Shown here: one piece after another, positions 11,288 through 23,428 of the stretch
How the letters are laid out: each line of letters begins with the position of its first letter
How positions within the stretch are numbered: the stretch's first letter is position 1
Origin: Eledone cirrhosa
Taxonomy: Eukaryota
Assembly (NCBI GenBank): GCA_964016885.1
Contig: OZ024762.1
Span: 16,182,001 to 16,246,000, forward strand
Direction: 5' to 3'
DNA length: 64,000 nucleotides
The notes under the pieces: generated by a model
What the model saw: only the letters and a program-made list of their open reading frames with translations
What the model was told of the DNA's origin: nothing
Databases searched by the model: none
Program-made: the position numbers and the translations under genes

Positions 11288-12710
11288 GTATGTGGTGGTT
11301 ATTGTAGTCTCTAGTGTGTGTATGTGGTGGTTATTGTACTGTCTTTAGTGTGTGTATGTGGTGGTTATTGTACTGTCTTTAGTGTGTGTATGTGGTGGTT
11401 ATTGTAGTCTCTAGTGTGTGTATGTGGTGGTTATTGTACTGTCTTTAGTGTGTGTATGTGGTGGTTATTGTACTGTCTTTAGTGTGTGTATGTGGTGGTT
11501 ATTGTAGTCTCTAGTGTGTGTATGTGGTGGTTATTGTAGTCTCTAGTGTGAGTATGTGGTGGTTATTGTACTGTCTCTAGTGTGTGTATGTGGTGGTTAC
11601 TGTAGTCTCTAGTGTGTGTATGTGGTGGTTATTGTAGTCTCTAGTGTGTGTATGTGGTGGTTATTGTAGTCTCTAGTGTGTGTATGTGGTGGTTATTGTA
11701 GTCTCTAGTGTGTGTATGTGGTGGTTACTGTAGTCTCTAGTGTGTGTATGTGGTGGTTATTGTAGTCTCTAGTGTGTGTATGTGGTGGTTATTATAGTCT
11801 CTAGTGTGTGTATGTGGTGGTTACTGTAGTCTCTAGTGTGTGTATGTGGTGGTTATTGTAGTCTCTAGTGTGTGTATGTGGTGGTTATTATAGTCTCTAG
11901 TGTGTGTATGTGGTGGTTACTGTAGTCTCTAGTGTGTGTATGTGGTGGTTACTGTAGTCTCTAGTGTGTGTATGTGGTGGTTATTGTAGTCTCTAGTGTG
12001 TGTATGTGGTGGTTATTGTAGTCTCTAGTGTGTGTATGTGGTGGTTATTGTAGTCTCTAGTGTGTGTATGTGGTGGTTACTGTAGTCTCTAGTGTGTGTA
12101 TGTGGTGGTTACTGTAGTCTCTAGTGTGTGTATGTGGTGGTTACTGTAGTCTCTAGTGTGTGTATGTGGTGGTTATTGTACTGTCTTTAGTGTGTGTATG
12201 TGGTGGTTACTGTACTGTCTTTAGTGTGTGTATGTGGTGGTTATTGTACTGTCTTTAGTGTGTGTATGTGGTGGTTATTGTAGTCTCTAGTGTGTGTATG
12301 TGGTGGTTATTGTACTGTCTTTAGTGTGTGTATGTGGTGGTTATTGTAGTCTCTAGTGTGTGTATGGTGGTTATTGTACTGTCTTTAGTGTGTGTATGTG
12401 GTGGTTATTGTACTGTCTTTAGTGTGTGTATGTGGTGGTTATTGTACTGTCTTTAGTGTGTGTATGTGGTGGTTATTGTACTGTCTTTAGTGTGTGTATG
12501 TGGTGGTTATTGTAGTCTCTAGTGTGTGTATGTGGTGGTTATTGTACTGTCTTTAGTGTGTGTATGTGGTGGTTATTGTAGTCTCTATAGTGTGTGTATG
12601 GTGGTTATTGTACTGTCTTTAGTGTGTGTATGTGGTGGTTATTGTAATCTCTAGTGTGTGTATGGTGGTTATTGTACTGTCTCTAGTGTGTATGTAATGG
12701 TTACTGTACT
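11288..12710. repeat. 32/34-bp minisatellite filling almost the whole intron
   Basis: Unit GTATGTGGTGGTTATTGTAGTCTCTAGTGTGT and a 34-bp variant; about 43 copies. Confidence 0.96.
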
Positions 12711-12748
12711 GTTTATATATGATGATCATGAAGGAATTTCTTTTGCAG

Positions 12749-12850
12749 AAAAGAAAATGTACGCTAGAGAATGAAGTGAAAAAATTAGAGAAACAAATTG
12801 CTGGTCTTCGAAAGGCCAGTCTACAGCAATTGAAGAATCGGCTTGGTGAA
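12749..12850 (+). CDS. DOT1L: DOT1L internal exon (coiled coil)
   Basis: ttttgcag/gtaagt. KRKCTLENEVKKLEKQIAGLRKASLQQLKNRLGE, heptad pattern; compare DOT1L LFQQKLDE. Phase 0-0. Confidence 0.92.
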
Positions 12851-12901
12851 GTAAGTCAAAGGTTATTCTTTTGAGAAGGAAGTTGTGTGTGTATGTCGAT
12901 A

Positions 12902-12947
<46 letters not shown>

Positions 12948-14434
12948 TGTGTGTGTGTGTATATATCTCAACACAACTGATGAGTTTCATTGAGTTTTTG
13001 CTTTTGCCAGTGGCGTGGTTATTACATCTGATCTTGCACTGTCATTCAGTAAGACCAGAGTACTTCTCTAGGCTTGTGAGACAGACTGGGTTAGTCAATC
13101 TGACTTTTGCATCGTATATGATAGTCTTTAGCTTACAAGCTCTGTTTAGCAGACTCAAAACACTGTTCCTACAGAAGTAACTAACCTCAGTAGGTAGTGC
13201 AGGTCTATGGGTGTCTAAATTTTTTTAATTTGAGGAGGCATTAAAACTAATCTTACAGTTATGTCTATTAAATAGTTTCTTATACGTTTTGCTAGTTGAG
13301 AATTCTTTTTTAGCTATCAGCACTTAAAAGGTTTTAGCTATGTTAGTCCTACTGTTTAATAAATAGGCAGGTGTGAACTAGATAATGTTCCGACACCTTT
13401 TTTTTATCTAGGTGGCCCTGGAGCTGGGAGTGGAACTAATCTTATTCTTAAAGCTACTTCCTTCTACGAGGCACCATTTTAGTTAAGGAATTGCTCAATC
13501 AAATATTTCTTTCTAAAATTGGCACAATGCCTGAAATCTAGGTGAAGGAGGAAATTGATTATATTGCCCCTAGTATTTAACTGGTACTTGAATTTATGGT
13601 ATTTTACAAACCCTGGAAGGATCAAAGGAAAAGTTGACCTCAGCTGGATTTGAACTCGGAATGTAAAGAGCCGAATGAAAATACCTTAAAACATTTGTCC
13701 AACCCCCCTTCCACCCCACCCACCACCACCCCTGGTCCTAGCAAACAATGTCCTTTTTTTGGAAATTTCTTTAAATTAGATTTTTTTTACTAGGATGTTC
13801 TTCAGAACAGTTTCCTCACCCTGGAATCTGTACATTCCCCTCCCCCTCCTTACAGTCAACCGTCTCTCACCCCTCCCCCTCCTTACTGTCAACCGTCTCT
13901 CACCCCTCCCCCTTCTTACCGTCAACTCTCTATCACCCCTCCCCCTCCCCACTCCCAGCAGTCACTCCCCCCTCTCCTCTCTCTCAACAGTAACCCACGC
14001 CCCTCTTCTGTATAAACAAACAAACAAACAAACAAACAATTTTTTTTTTTCTTATCTTGCTTTCTTTTTTTTTCTCTTTCTCCCTTGTTTCCTTACAGGC
14101 GTCGTAACTTTGTGTAGTTTGTGTGGAGGAAACATAGCTGGATGGAGAGAGGAGAGATGGAGATATAGAGAGAGATACCTTGAGATATATATATATATAT
14201 AGCATTATCATCTCTCATCCCCCCTCATTCCTTCTCTCTCTTACTCTCACTCTCTCTTTCTCTCTCTCTCTCTCAAAACAGGAAACCATTCCTTCTGGGG
14301 CCAAAAAAAAAATGAAATAGAGAAAAATAAAATTACCAAGTGTCTAATCAAAATTATCAGAAATAATTTTTTTTAATATTTATATTTTGTTTTCATTTTT
14401 CTGTTTATTTATTTATTATATTTATTTTTACAAT

Positions 14435-15125
14435 TTTAACATTTTCCTTACCATATTTCCAATGAAAGACACTGCCTATGTCATTAACCATTTCCTTACC
14501 ATAATTCTAATGAAAGACCCTACCTCTGTCTCTAACCCTTTCGTTACCATATTTCCAATGAAAAACACTGCCTATGTCTCTAACCCTTTCCTTAACATAA
14601 TTCTAATGAAAGACCCTATCTATGTCTTTAACCCTTTCATTACCATATTTCTAATGAAAGACCCTACCTATGTCTTTAACCCTTTCATTACCATATTTCC
14701 AATGAAAGATACTGTCTATGTCTTTAACCCTTTCCTTCCCATAATTCTAATGAAAGACACTGTCTATGTCTTTAACCCTTTCATTATCATATTTCTAGTG
14801 AAAGACATTGCCTGTGATTTTCAATTCCTTTTGAAAATACTCAAGAATTTGAAAGGATTTAGTAAATAGAACTTAACTTTCTCTTTATTAAGCTGGTGTA
14901 TGGAACATAATTTGACATAAATAGCATGATGGGAGGGTTTTTTTTTTAGATAAATATAATAAGCTTTCCCCACCCCAAACATAAAAGTATGATGGTAAGT
15001 TTTTAGATAAATATAAGCTTTCCCACCCAACAGCCACAAATTATTGAATTCTAAACACAAAGGGATGTAACTAAATGCCATAATGTCTAATAAGTTTTAG
15101 TAGGTTTGGTATCAAAAGGGTTCCA
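14435..15125 (+). mobile_element. TTAA/CCCTT-ended non-autonomous DNA element (family B) whose 5' end is amplified as a 48-bp tandem (~8 copies, 14435-14820)
   Basis: Unit TTAACCCTTTCATTACCATATTTCCAATGAAAGACACTGCCTATGTCT. Body GGATTTAGTAA...TTAAGCTGGTG...GGAACATAA, also seen near 4170, 20642 and 21930. Confidence 0.6.
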
Positions 15126-15199
15126 TTTTCAGCATTATATCTTCCCTATTGAAACTTAGTCCTATAGTCTTCTGAGGTTAATAAAATAGATTCCAGTGT

Positions 15200-15838
15200 G
15201 GTGGCACATGGCCTAGTGGTTAGGGTGTTGGACTTACAGTCATAGTGTAATGGGTTTGATTCCAGGGCTGGGTTGTGTGTTGTGTTCTTGAGCAAAACAC
15301 TTCATTTCATGTTGCTCCAGTATACTCAGCTGGAAATGAGAACCAGCAGTAACTGGGAGTTTAACCTTGCAATAGAATGGCTGACATTCTGTCCAGGGGG
15401 GAGGGAGTCTTGTACTTTGAGTTGCTTAACACCACAGAAACTGGGGCAAACACTGACCAGATGTACCTCTAGATATGAGACAAACACTGGCCAGATGTAC
15501 CTCTAGATATGAGACAAACACTGGCCAGATGTGCCTCTAGATATGAGACAAACACTGGCCAGATGTGCCTCTAGATATGAGACAAACACTGGCCAGATAT
15601 GCCTCTAGATATGAGACAAACACTGGCCAGATGTGCCTCTAGATATGAGACAAACACTGGCCAGATGTGCCTCTAGATATGAGACAAACACTGGCCAGAT
15701 GTACCTCTAGATATGAGACAAACACTGGCCAGATGTACCTCTAGATATGAGACAAACACTGGCCAGATGTACCTCTAGATATGAGACAAACTCTGACCAG
15801 ATGTACCTCTAGATATGAGACAAACACTGGCCAGATGA
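15200..15838 (+). mobile_element. tRNA-derived SINE family B ending in a 34-bp tandem array (15447-15837, ~11 copies)
   Basis: Head GGCACATGGCCTAGTGGTTAGGGTGTTGG; array unit GAGACAAACACTGGCCAGATGTACCTCTAGATAT. Related copies at 23473-23745, 24677-24950 and 56420-56530. Confidence 0.8.
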
Positions 15839-16164
15839 GCCCATATTTTTTCACCTTCTACCTGCCAAAAACAACACAGTTGATAGTAAAAAAATATATA
15901 TATTTAATTCAATAATTCCTTTATAACAAATATTCTATGTAACAATACTTGAATCCCTAATGTTTCTTGACCTTCTCCCTCTTGTCAGCCATTACAGTAT
16001 TACACTTTACATTTATTTAAATTAATTACAATAATTTTCTGCCTTCTTTTTTTAATCAGTAACAAAAATATATCCTCCAAATTACAGTAACTTTGTTCTA
16101 TCTGTCTATTTATGTCTAGCTATCTAAATCTCTCTATCTGTATCTGTCTATATATGTATATTTA

Positions 16165-16500
16165 TGGCTTAGTGGTTAGAACATTGGCCTTGCAATCGAA
16201 AGGTTGTGAGTTCAATTCTCAGACTGGGTGATGTGTTGTTTCCTTGAGCAAGACACTTTATTTCACATTGCTCCAGTTTACTCAGCTGTAGAAATGACAT
16301 GATAGGGACTGGGGTCCCTATCATTCCACTGCAAAGTGGTCGTGTAGGTGCCATGGCAAAAAAGGCACCCAGCACTCACTGTAAATGAGGTTGGTGTTAG
16401 GAAGGGCATCCAGCTGTAGAAATCAAGCCAGAATCAGTTCCCGTCCCACCCTTGCATGCGGGGAAAAGCGGACGTAAAATGAAATGATGATGATGATGAT
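16165..16500 (+). mobile_element. SINE family A copy
   Basis: Head slightly truncated; body and RTE tail with (ATG)n present. Confidence 0.88.
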
Positions 16501-16504
16501 ATAT

Positions 16505-16834
16505 ATATTTATGAAAATAACAGATTAAAGTTTAAGCAAAGAATCGCTGCTTTCACCCTTAACGGGATCTTCTGAAACTAACAAAGTCAATCTGTGAACG
16601 CAGAAGTGAATATTTCAAAAAACGTTGCAAACCGGAGGATTTTTCCTGTTCTTTGCCAGGGAACATTTCTACGAACCAAAGTATTGTCTTCCTGTCTTCC
16701 TCCAGTTTGCAACGTTTTTTTTTAAATATTCACTTCTGCGTTCACAGATTGACTTTGTTAGTTTCAGAAGATCCCGTTAAGGGTGAAAGCAGCGATTCTT
16801 TGCTTAAACTTTAATCTGTTATTTTAATAAATAT
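16505..16834. repeat. Foldback palindrome, ~135-bp arms, 58-bp spacer
   Basis: 16505-16639 is a near-perfect reverse complement of 16698-16834. Confidence 0.93.
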
Positions 16835-16919
16835 TTGCTCTACGGTTCTTATATATTTGATATATATTTATCCTTATCGAGCCCTCTTTGGATTTTAGTC
16901 TTCAAATTTATTATTATTA

Positions 16920-17692
16920 CTATATATATATGTGTATGTATATATATATATGTGTATGTATGTATGTATATATGTGTGTATGTATGTATATATATGTGTG
17001 TATGTATATATATGTGTATGTATATATATATGTATGTATATATATATGTATATATATGTATGTATATATATATGTATATATGTATATATGTATATATATA
17101 TGTATATATATATGTATATATATATGTATGTATATATATATGTATATATATATGTATATATATATGTATATATATATGTATGTATATATATATGTATGTA
17201 TATACATATGTATGTATGTATATATGTATGTATATATATATGTATGTATGTATGTATATATGTATGTATATATATATGTATGTATGTATGTATATATGTA
17301 TGTATATATATATGTATGTATATATATATGTATATATGTATGTATATGTATATATATGTATGTATGTATGTATATGTATGTATATATGTATGTATATATG
17401 TATGTATATATGTATGTATATATATATGTATGTATATGTGTATGTATATATATATGTATGTATATGTATATATATGTATGTATATATATATGTATGGATA
17501 TATATATATATATGTATGTATATATATATGTATGGATATATATATATATATGTATGTATATATATATGTATGTATATATATGTGCATGTATATATATATG
17601 TATGTATATATATATGTATGTATGTATGTATATATATATATATGTATATATATATGTATGTATATATATATATATGTATATATATATGTATG

Positions 17693-17739
<47 letters not shown>

Positions 17740-17822
17740 GTATATATATATGTATATATATATGTATGTATATATATATGTATATATATATATATATATG
17801 TATGTATATATATATATAGTTG

Positions 17823-17857
<35 letters not shown>
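16920..17857. repeat. (TA)n/(TATG)n microsatellite
   Basis: Direct reading. Similar tracts at 19049-19607, 35520-36700, 41955-42500, 45840-46605, 49725-50790 and 55030-55357. Confidence 0.98.
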
Positions 17858-17859
<2 letters not shown>

Positions 17860-18018
17860 GATAACAATTTATCATTATGGTAATCCAGTTAGAGGTTGTG
17901 AGTACTCTGCGTCGTGGATAGTTTTAATGTACGGCTTTGTTTAACTCAGAAAGTTGCTTCCATAGTTAGGCAATGAGTTCGCAGTAATTTCAATGCTGGT
18001 TATACTTGGTGTAATAAT

Positions 18019-19047
18019 AGTGAAAGAATGAAGAGTAACATGGTTGGCTGTACAATAAGGGGCTTTATTTAAAGTACTGACAATTGTTTCGTTGATCAGG
18101 TGAGTCTAGAGGTCGTTAATCGCTTGAGGTTGCGTCACTCGATCTCCATTACATTATTTACCTCTGATCAACACATCAGGGTACGTAGATATAAAAATAA
18201 TTCACTCGCGGCAAGATTTATATATAGAAAAATAGTGTATAATCAAAACAATAACATCAATAATAAAACATATATGGTAAACAGGTAGAGAAGTTACAGA
18301 TGTAAAAAGTAAAAAGAAAAAGATAAGATAGGATACATTAAAAAAGTAAGAAAATGAGAGAATGGAAAATATAAAGAAATAAATGAGGATAAGTGAGAGC
18401 ATGTAAGTACAGAGTGTGTTAGTAGTAAGTTGTGAGTAAGTGTTACAACAAACGTTTGTCAAACGTCCCTTGACCCCTAACCCGTAAATCTCATACATGT
18501 ATCCCCCAATTAATCTCTAATTTATTGTTTTTTCTTTTATCTCTCACTACATCAGACCCTCTACACGTATCTATGTACATCTCAAATCTGGTTTTTCATG
18601 TTAGCACTAAACCCACCAAGGAATCCTTATAAGAACACTTACTCACAACTTACTACTAACACACTCTGTACTTACATGCTCTCACTTATCCTCATTTATT
18701 TCTTTATATTTTCTATTTTCTCATTTTCTTACTTTTTTAATGTATCCTATCTTATCTTTTACTTTTTACATCTGTACCTTCCTATTTACCATATATGTTT
18801 TATTATTGATGTTATTGTTTTGATTATACATTATTTTTCTATATATAAGTCTTGCCTCGAGTGAATTATTTTTATATCTACGTACCCTGATGTGTTGACC
18901 AGAGGTAAATAATGTATTGGAGATTGAGTGACGCAACCTCAAGCGATTAACGACCTCTAGACTCACCTGATCAACGAAACAATTGTCAGTACTTTAAATA
19001 AAGCCCCTTATTGTACAGCCAACCATGTTAATCTTCATTCTTTCACT
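18019..19047. repeat. Long inverted repeat (arms 18019-18444 and 18634-19047), possibly Penelope-like terminal repeats
   Basis: Arms are reverse complements with scattered substitutions and small indels. Each has a hammerhead-like core followed by AATAAA. Confidence 0.9.
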
Positions 19048-19079
19048 GTATATATATATATGTGTATGCACATATATAT

Positions 19080-19113
<34 letters not shown>

Positions 19114-19568
19114 GTATATATGTATATATATATGTATATATATATATATGTATATATATGTATATATATATGTATATATATGTATATATATATATTTGTA
19201 TATATGTATGTATATATATATATTTGTATATATTTATATATATATGTGTATATGTATATATATGTGTATATGTATATATATGTATGTATATATATATATT
19301 TGTATATATTTATATATATATGTGTATATGTATATATATGTGTATATATATATATATATGTGTATATATATATATATGTATGTGTGTATATATATATATA
19401 TGTCTATATATATATATATATGTGTGTATATATGTATATGTGTATATATATGTATATGTGTATATATATATATATGTGTGTGTATATATATATATGTGTG
19501 TATATATATATATATGTGTATATATATATATGTGTGTATATATATATGTATATGTGTATATATATACA

Positions 19569-19612
<44 letters not shown>

Positions 19613-19724
19613 GGAAGTATACAATCAAATCTCAGAAGAGTAGAGAAAGACATCTAACATAGGTTGTCACTGGCAACCACAGACAGTGGCAATTGCTCAA
19701 TTTTTATCTCATGTAAAACAAACG

Positions 19725-20106
19725 TTTAAACCGGCCGTATCTGACCAGAATTCTCTCACCTGTTTCTGTTTAAACTGGCTGTAACTGGCTGCTCATACTT
19801 ATGTTAAGGTATTGTTTTCAAAATAAATAATTGTTTCTACTTTAGGCACAAGGCCAGCAATTATCCAGTGCATTACTGGTACTTTATTTTATCGACCCCG
19901 TAAGGATGAAAGGCAAAGTCAACCTCGGCGGGATTTGAACTCAGATCGTAAAGGGACGTAACTATGCTGGAAAGCATGGCGTCTGACCCTCTACCGATAC
20001 TGCAAAATCTCAGGCTCAATATTATGTGAAGTAATTATGTGACATAAAGTGTTTACCGTGAAAATATCATAGTATATATAGAGTAATGTAAATGGTAAAG
20101 GGTTAA
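19725..20106 (+). mobile_element. TTAA MITE copy interrupted by a minus-strand family C SINE (~19830-20005)
   Basis: MITE body TTTAAACCGGCCGTATCTGACCAGAATTCTCTC; right end TAAATGGTAAAGGGTTAA; SINE nested inside. Confidence 0.75.
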
Positions 20107-20759
20107 CTCAACCACAAGGGAGTTGGGACAAAATAGTTATGACACACACACAGATACATAAGTGTGTGTGTGTGTGTGGTGTCCTGTCTTGACCAGTTTT
20201 GCTCAATGACCGAAAGATTTATAATTATCAAAAGAATTAAAACAATTATTTTATGAAAGGCAAGGCTAACCTCGGAGTAAAGGGACGTAACTCTATGTCG
20301 CTAAACATGTCCGATGTTCTACTGAGTCTGATAAAACCAGTTGACTTGCTTACCCCCCCCCCCCCCCCCGTCACTCTTTATGAAAGGTTTGATCCCTCAC
20401 TCAAAATAACCTCCCCTCTTTTTTTAACCCACCATTCCCCTTGTTACTTCAAACATTCCGTTAGTTTTTATTTTAATTACACAATTTAATATCATCAATT
20501 TGATTGACATTTAATAAAAAAAAAAAAAAACAATTTCCAATCATGTTGTTTAGATTTTTTTTTTTTTTTTGTTTAAATTTATTTGTTTCTTTGTTCTGTT
20601 GTTTTTGTTTTGTTTCTGTTTGTTTGTGTTTTTTTTTGTTATTAACCCTTTTGTTGCCATAGTTTTAATGGGATACAGTACTGTCTGTGATGTTTTCAAA
20701 TAGTTTGGAAAATAACCAGGGAATTTGGAGAGATTTAGTAATATAAAGTTTTCTCATCA

Positions 20760-21470
20760 TTAACCTCTTCAATGCTGTAGATGAGATAACTCGTCCTAAC
20801 ATGTTTGAATTCCTTTCCAACCGTTCATAACTTCAAAGTTATGAACTGTTTTCCAACAGTTCATAACCTCAAAGTTATAAACTCGTTTCCAACAGTTCAT
20901 AACTTCAAGGTTATAAACTCATTTCCAACAGTTCATAACTTCAAGGTTATAAACTCGTTTCCAACAGTTCATAACTTCAAGGTTATAAACTCGTTTCCAA
21001 CAGTTCATAACTTCAAGGTTATAAACTCGTTTCCAACAGTTCATAACTTCAAGGTTATAAACTCGTTTCCAACAGTTCATAACTTCAAGGTTATAAACTC
21101 GTTTCCAACAGTTCATAACTTCAAAGTTATAAACTCGTTTCCAACAGTTCATAACTTCAAGGTTATAAACTCGTTTCCAACAGTTCATAACTTCAAAGTT
21201 ATAAACTCGTTTCCAACAGTTCATAACTTCAAGGTTATAAACTCGTTTCCAACAGTTCATAACTTCAAAGTTATAAACTCGTTTCCAACAGTTCATAACT
21301 TCAAAGTTATAAACTCGTTTCCAACAGTTCATAACTTCAAAGCTAGATGGGGTTACTAGTTTATTGATGTGGCATTTTTCAATCAAAATAGTCATTTTAC
21401 AGAGAGAAAAAAAAAACAACCTGGCACAACAACTGTAGCTGTGTAAAATATGTAGCCGTCAACAGGTTAA
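20760..21470. mobile_element. TTAA-flanked element with an internal 36-bp tandem (~15 copies, 20805-21343), nested in a family B element
   Basis: Ends TTAACCTCTTCA and TCAACAGGTTAA. Removing it restores CTCATCATTAAGCTGGTG, as in uninterrupted copies near 14881 and 21961. Confidence 0.75.
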
Positions 21471-22461
21471 GCTGGTGTTTGGAACATAGCTTAAAAAAAG
21501 GTTCTTACATGAATTTATGATGGAAGGTTTTTTTTAGATAAATATAAACACTTGAAAACAAATTGTTTTGTCTCATAAAACTAGTGGCTGGTGTTTGGAA
21601 CATAACTTAACAAAGGTTCTTCACTAAATATTTATAAGTTAAAACAACAGAATTCTTTAGAATATGAAAACTCCGCAGTTACTGCTCTAAATTGGAACTT
21701 TTTTTTTTTTGTTTTCCTGATCAAAATGTTTTAATTAAAATATTAAATTTAATTACTATGTTTATTATTTTTTTTTTCCAAGTAAAACATATTTTAAACA
21801 ACAAACAAAATAATTCATGTGAAGTTATTGATGGTCTGTATCAGCGAAAGAATTATTATTAACATTTATTAAATACTTAATCATTTCATTACTATATTTC
21901 TACCTATAGTTTTTAAATAATTTTGTAAATTTAGAAGGATTTAGTAAGGTAACTAACTTTCTCATTATTAAGCTGATGTTTGAAATACAACTTAGCTTAG
22001 GTTCATACATACAATTATGTTGGGAGGTTTTGAGATAAATATAACAAACACTTTAAGCCTTTTTCATTATCATGTTTAACCCTTTTTTATTGTGGTTTTT
22101 AAATAATTTTGTAAATAATAAAGAATTTGGAAGGATTTAGTAACGTAACTAACTGTCCCATTAAATTTATAATAGAAACTTTTTAGATAAATACGAACAC
22201 TTTTAAACAAATGCCTTTGTATCATAGAAATAAGTTCTTTAAAGAAGTACCCTGCTTTGCAATGACAGGGTTTGGGGTTACGCCCTTCGGTGTGGCACCT
22301 TGGGCAAATGCTTTCTACTATAGCCACAAGTTGATCAATATTTTGAGAATGAAATTTGGTAGGCATAAACTGTTGTGTCTCTTCCTGTATTTAGGTAAAC
22401 TAGCAGTTGAAGAATAAGAGATAGATAAAAATAAGTTCTGGGTCAATATGGGAACCTCTAC

Positions 22462-23290
22462 GTGATGATGTTGCTGTTGGTAGTGGTGGTTGTGGTGGTG
22501 GTGGTGATGATGATGTTGCTGTTGGTAGTGGTGGTGGTGGTGGTGGTGGTGATGATGTTGCTGTTGGTAGTGGTGGTGGTGGTGGAGATGATGATGTTGC
22601 TATTGGTAGTGGTGGTGGTGGTGGTGGTGGTGATGATGTTGCTGTTGGTAGTGGTGGTTGTGGTGGTGGAGATGATGATGTTGCTGGTGGTTGTGGTGGA
22701 GGTGATGATGATGTTGTTATTGGTGGTGGTGGTGGTGATAATGTTGCTATTGGTAGTGGTGGTGGTGGAGGAGGTGATGGTGTTGGTAGTGGTGGTTGCG
22801 GTGGTGGTGGTGGTGGAGGTGATGATGATGTTGTTATTGGTGGTGGTGGTGGTGATAATGTTGCTATTGGTAGTGGTGGAGGTGATGATGTTGCTATTGG
22901 TAGTGGTGGTTGTGGTGGTGGTGGTGGAGGAGGTGATGTTGCTATTGCTAGTGGTGGTTGTGGTGGTGGTGATGGTGGAGGAGGTGATGATGATGTTGCT
23001 ATTGGTGGTGGTGGTGGTGGAGGAGGTGATGATGCTATTGGTTGTGGTGGTGGTGGAGGTGATGATGATGTTGATGCTATTGGTAGTGGTGGAGGAGGAG
23101 GTGATGATGATGATGTTGCTATTGGTAGTGGTGGTGGAGGTGGTGATGATGTTGCTATTGGTAGTGGTGGTTGTGGTGGTGGAGGAGGTGATGATGATGT
23201 TGCTATTGGTAGTGATGATGATGATGATGTTGCTATTGGTAGTGATGATGATGATGATGATGTTGTTGCTATTGGTAGTGGTGGTTGCTG
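22462..23290. repeat. Compound trinucleotide repeat (GTG/GAT/TTG)
   Basis: Direct reading; the poly-V/M/L and poly-T/I ORFs are artefacts. Confidence 0.95.
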
Positions 23291-23392
23291 AAAGATATCT
23301 CTCTGTTTGGCTCTGCTTGAGCAATCTGTGACATAGCTGAAAGATTTAGAGTTGGGAAAGCATCTGATTAGAAATGCTTCAGTGTTTGTTGT

Positions 23393-23428
<36 letters not shown>

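Noticed and set aside
22458-23331. Mucin-like poly-Thr or hydrophobic ORFs
   Set aside because: Compound trinucleotide repeat with no convincing splice or start context.
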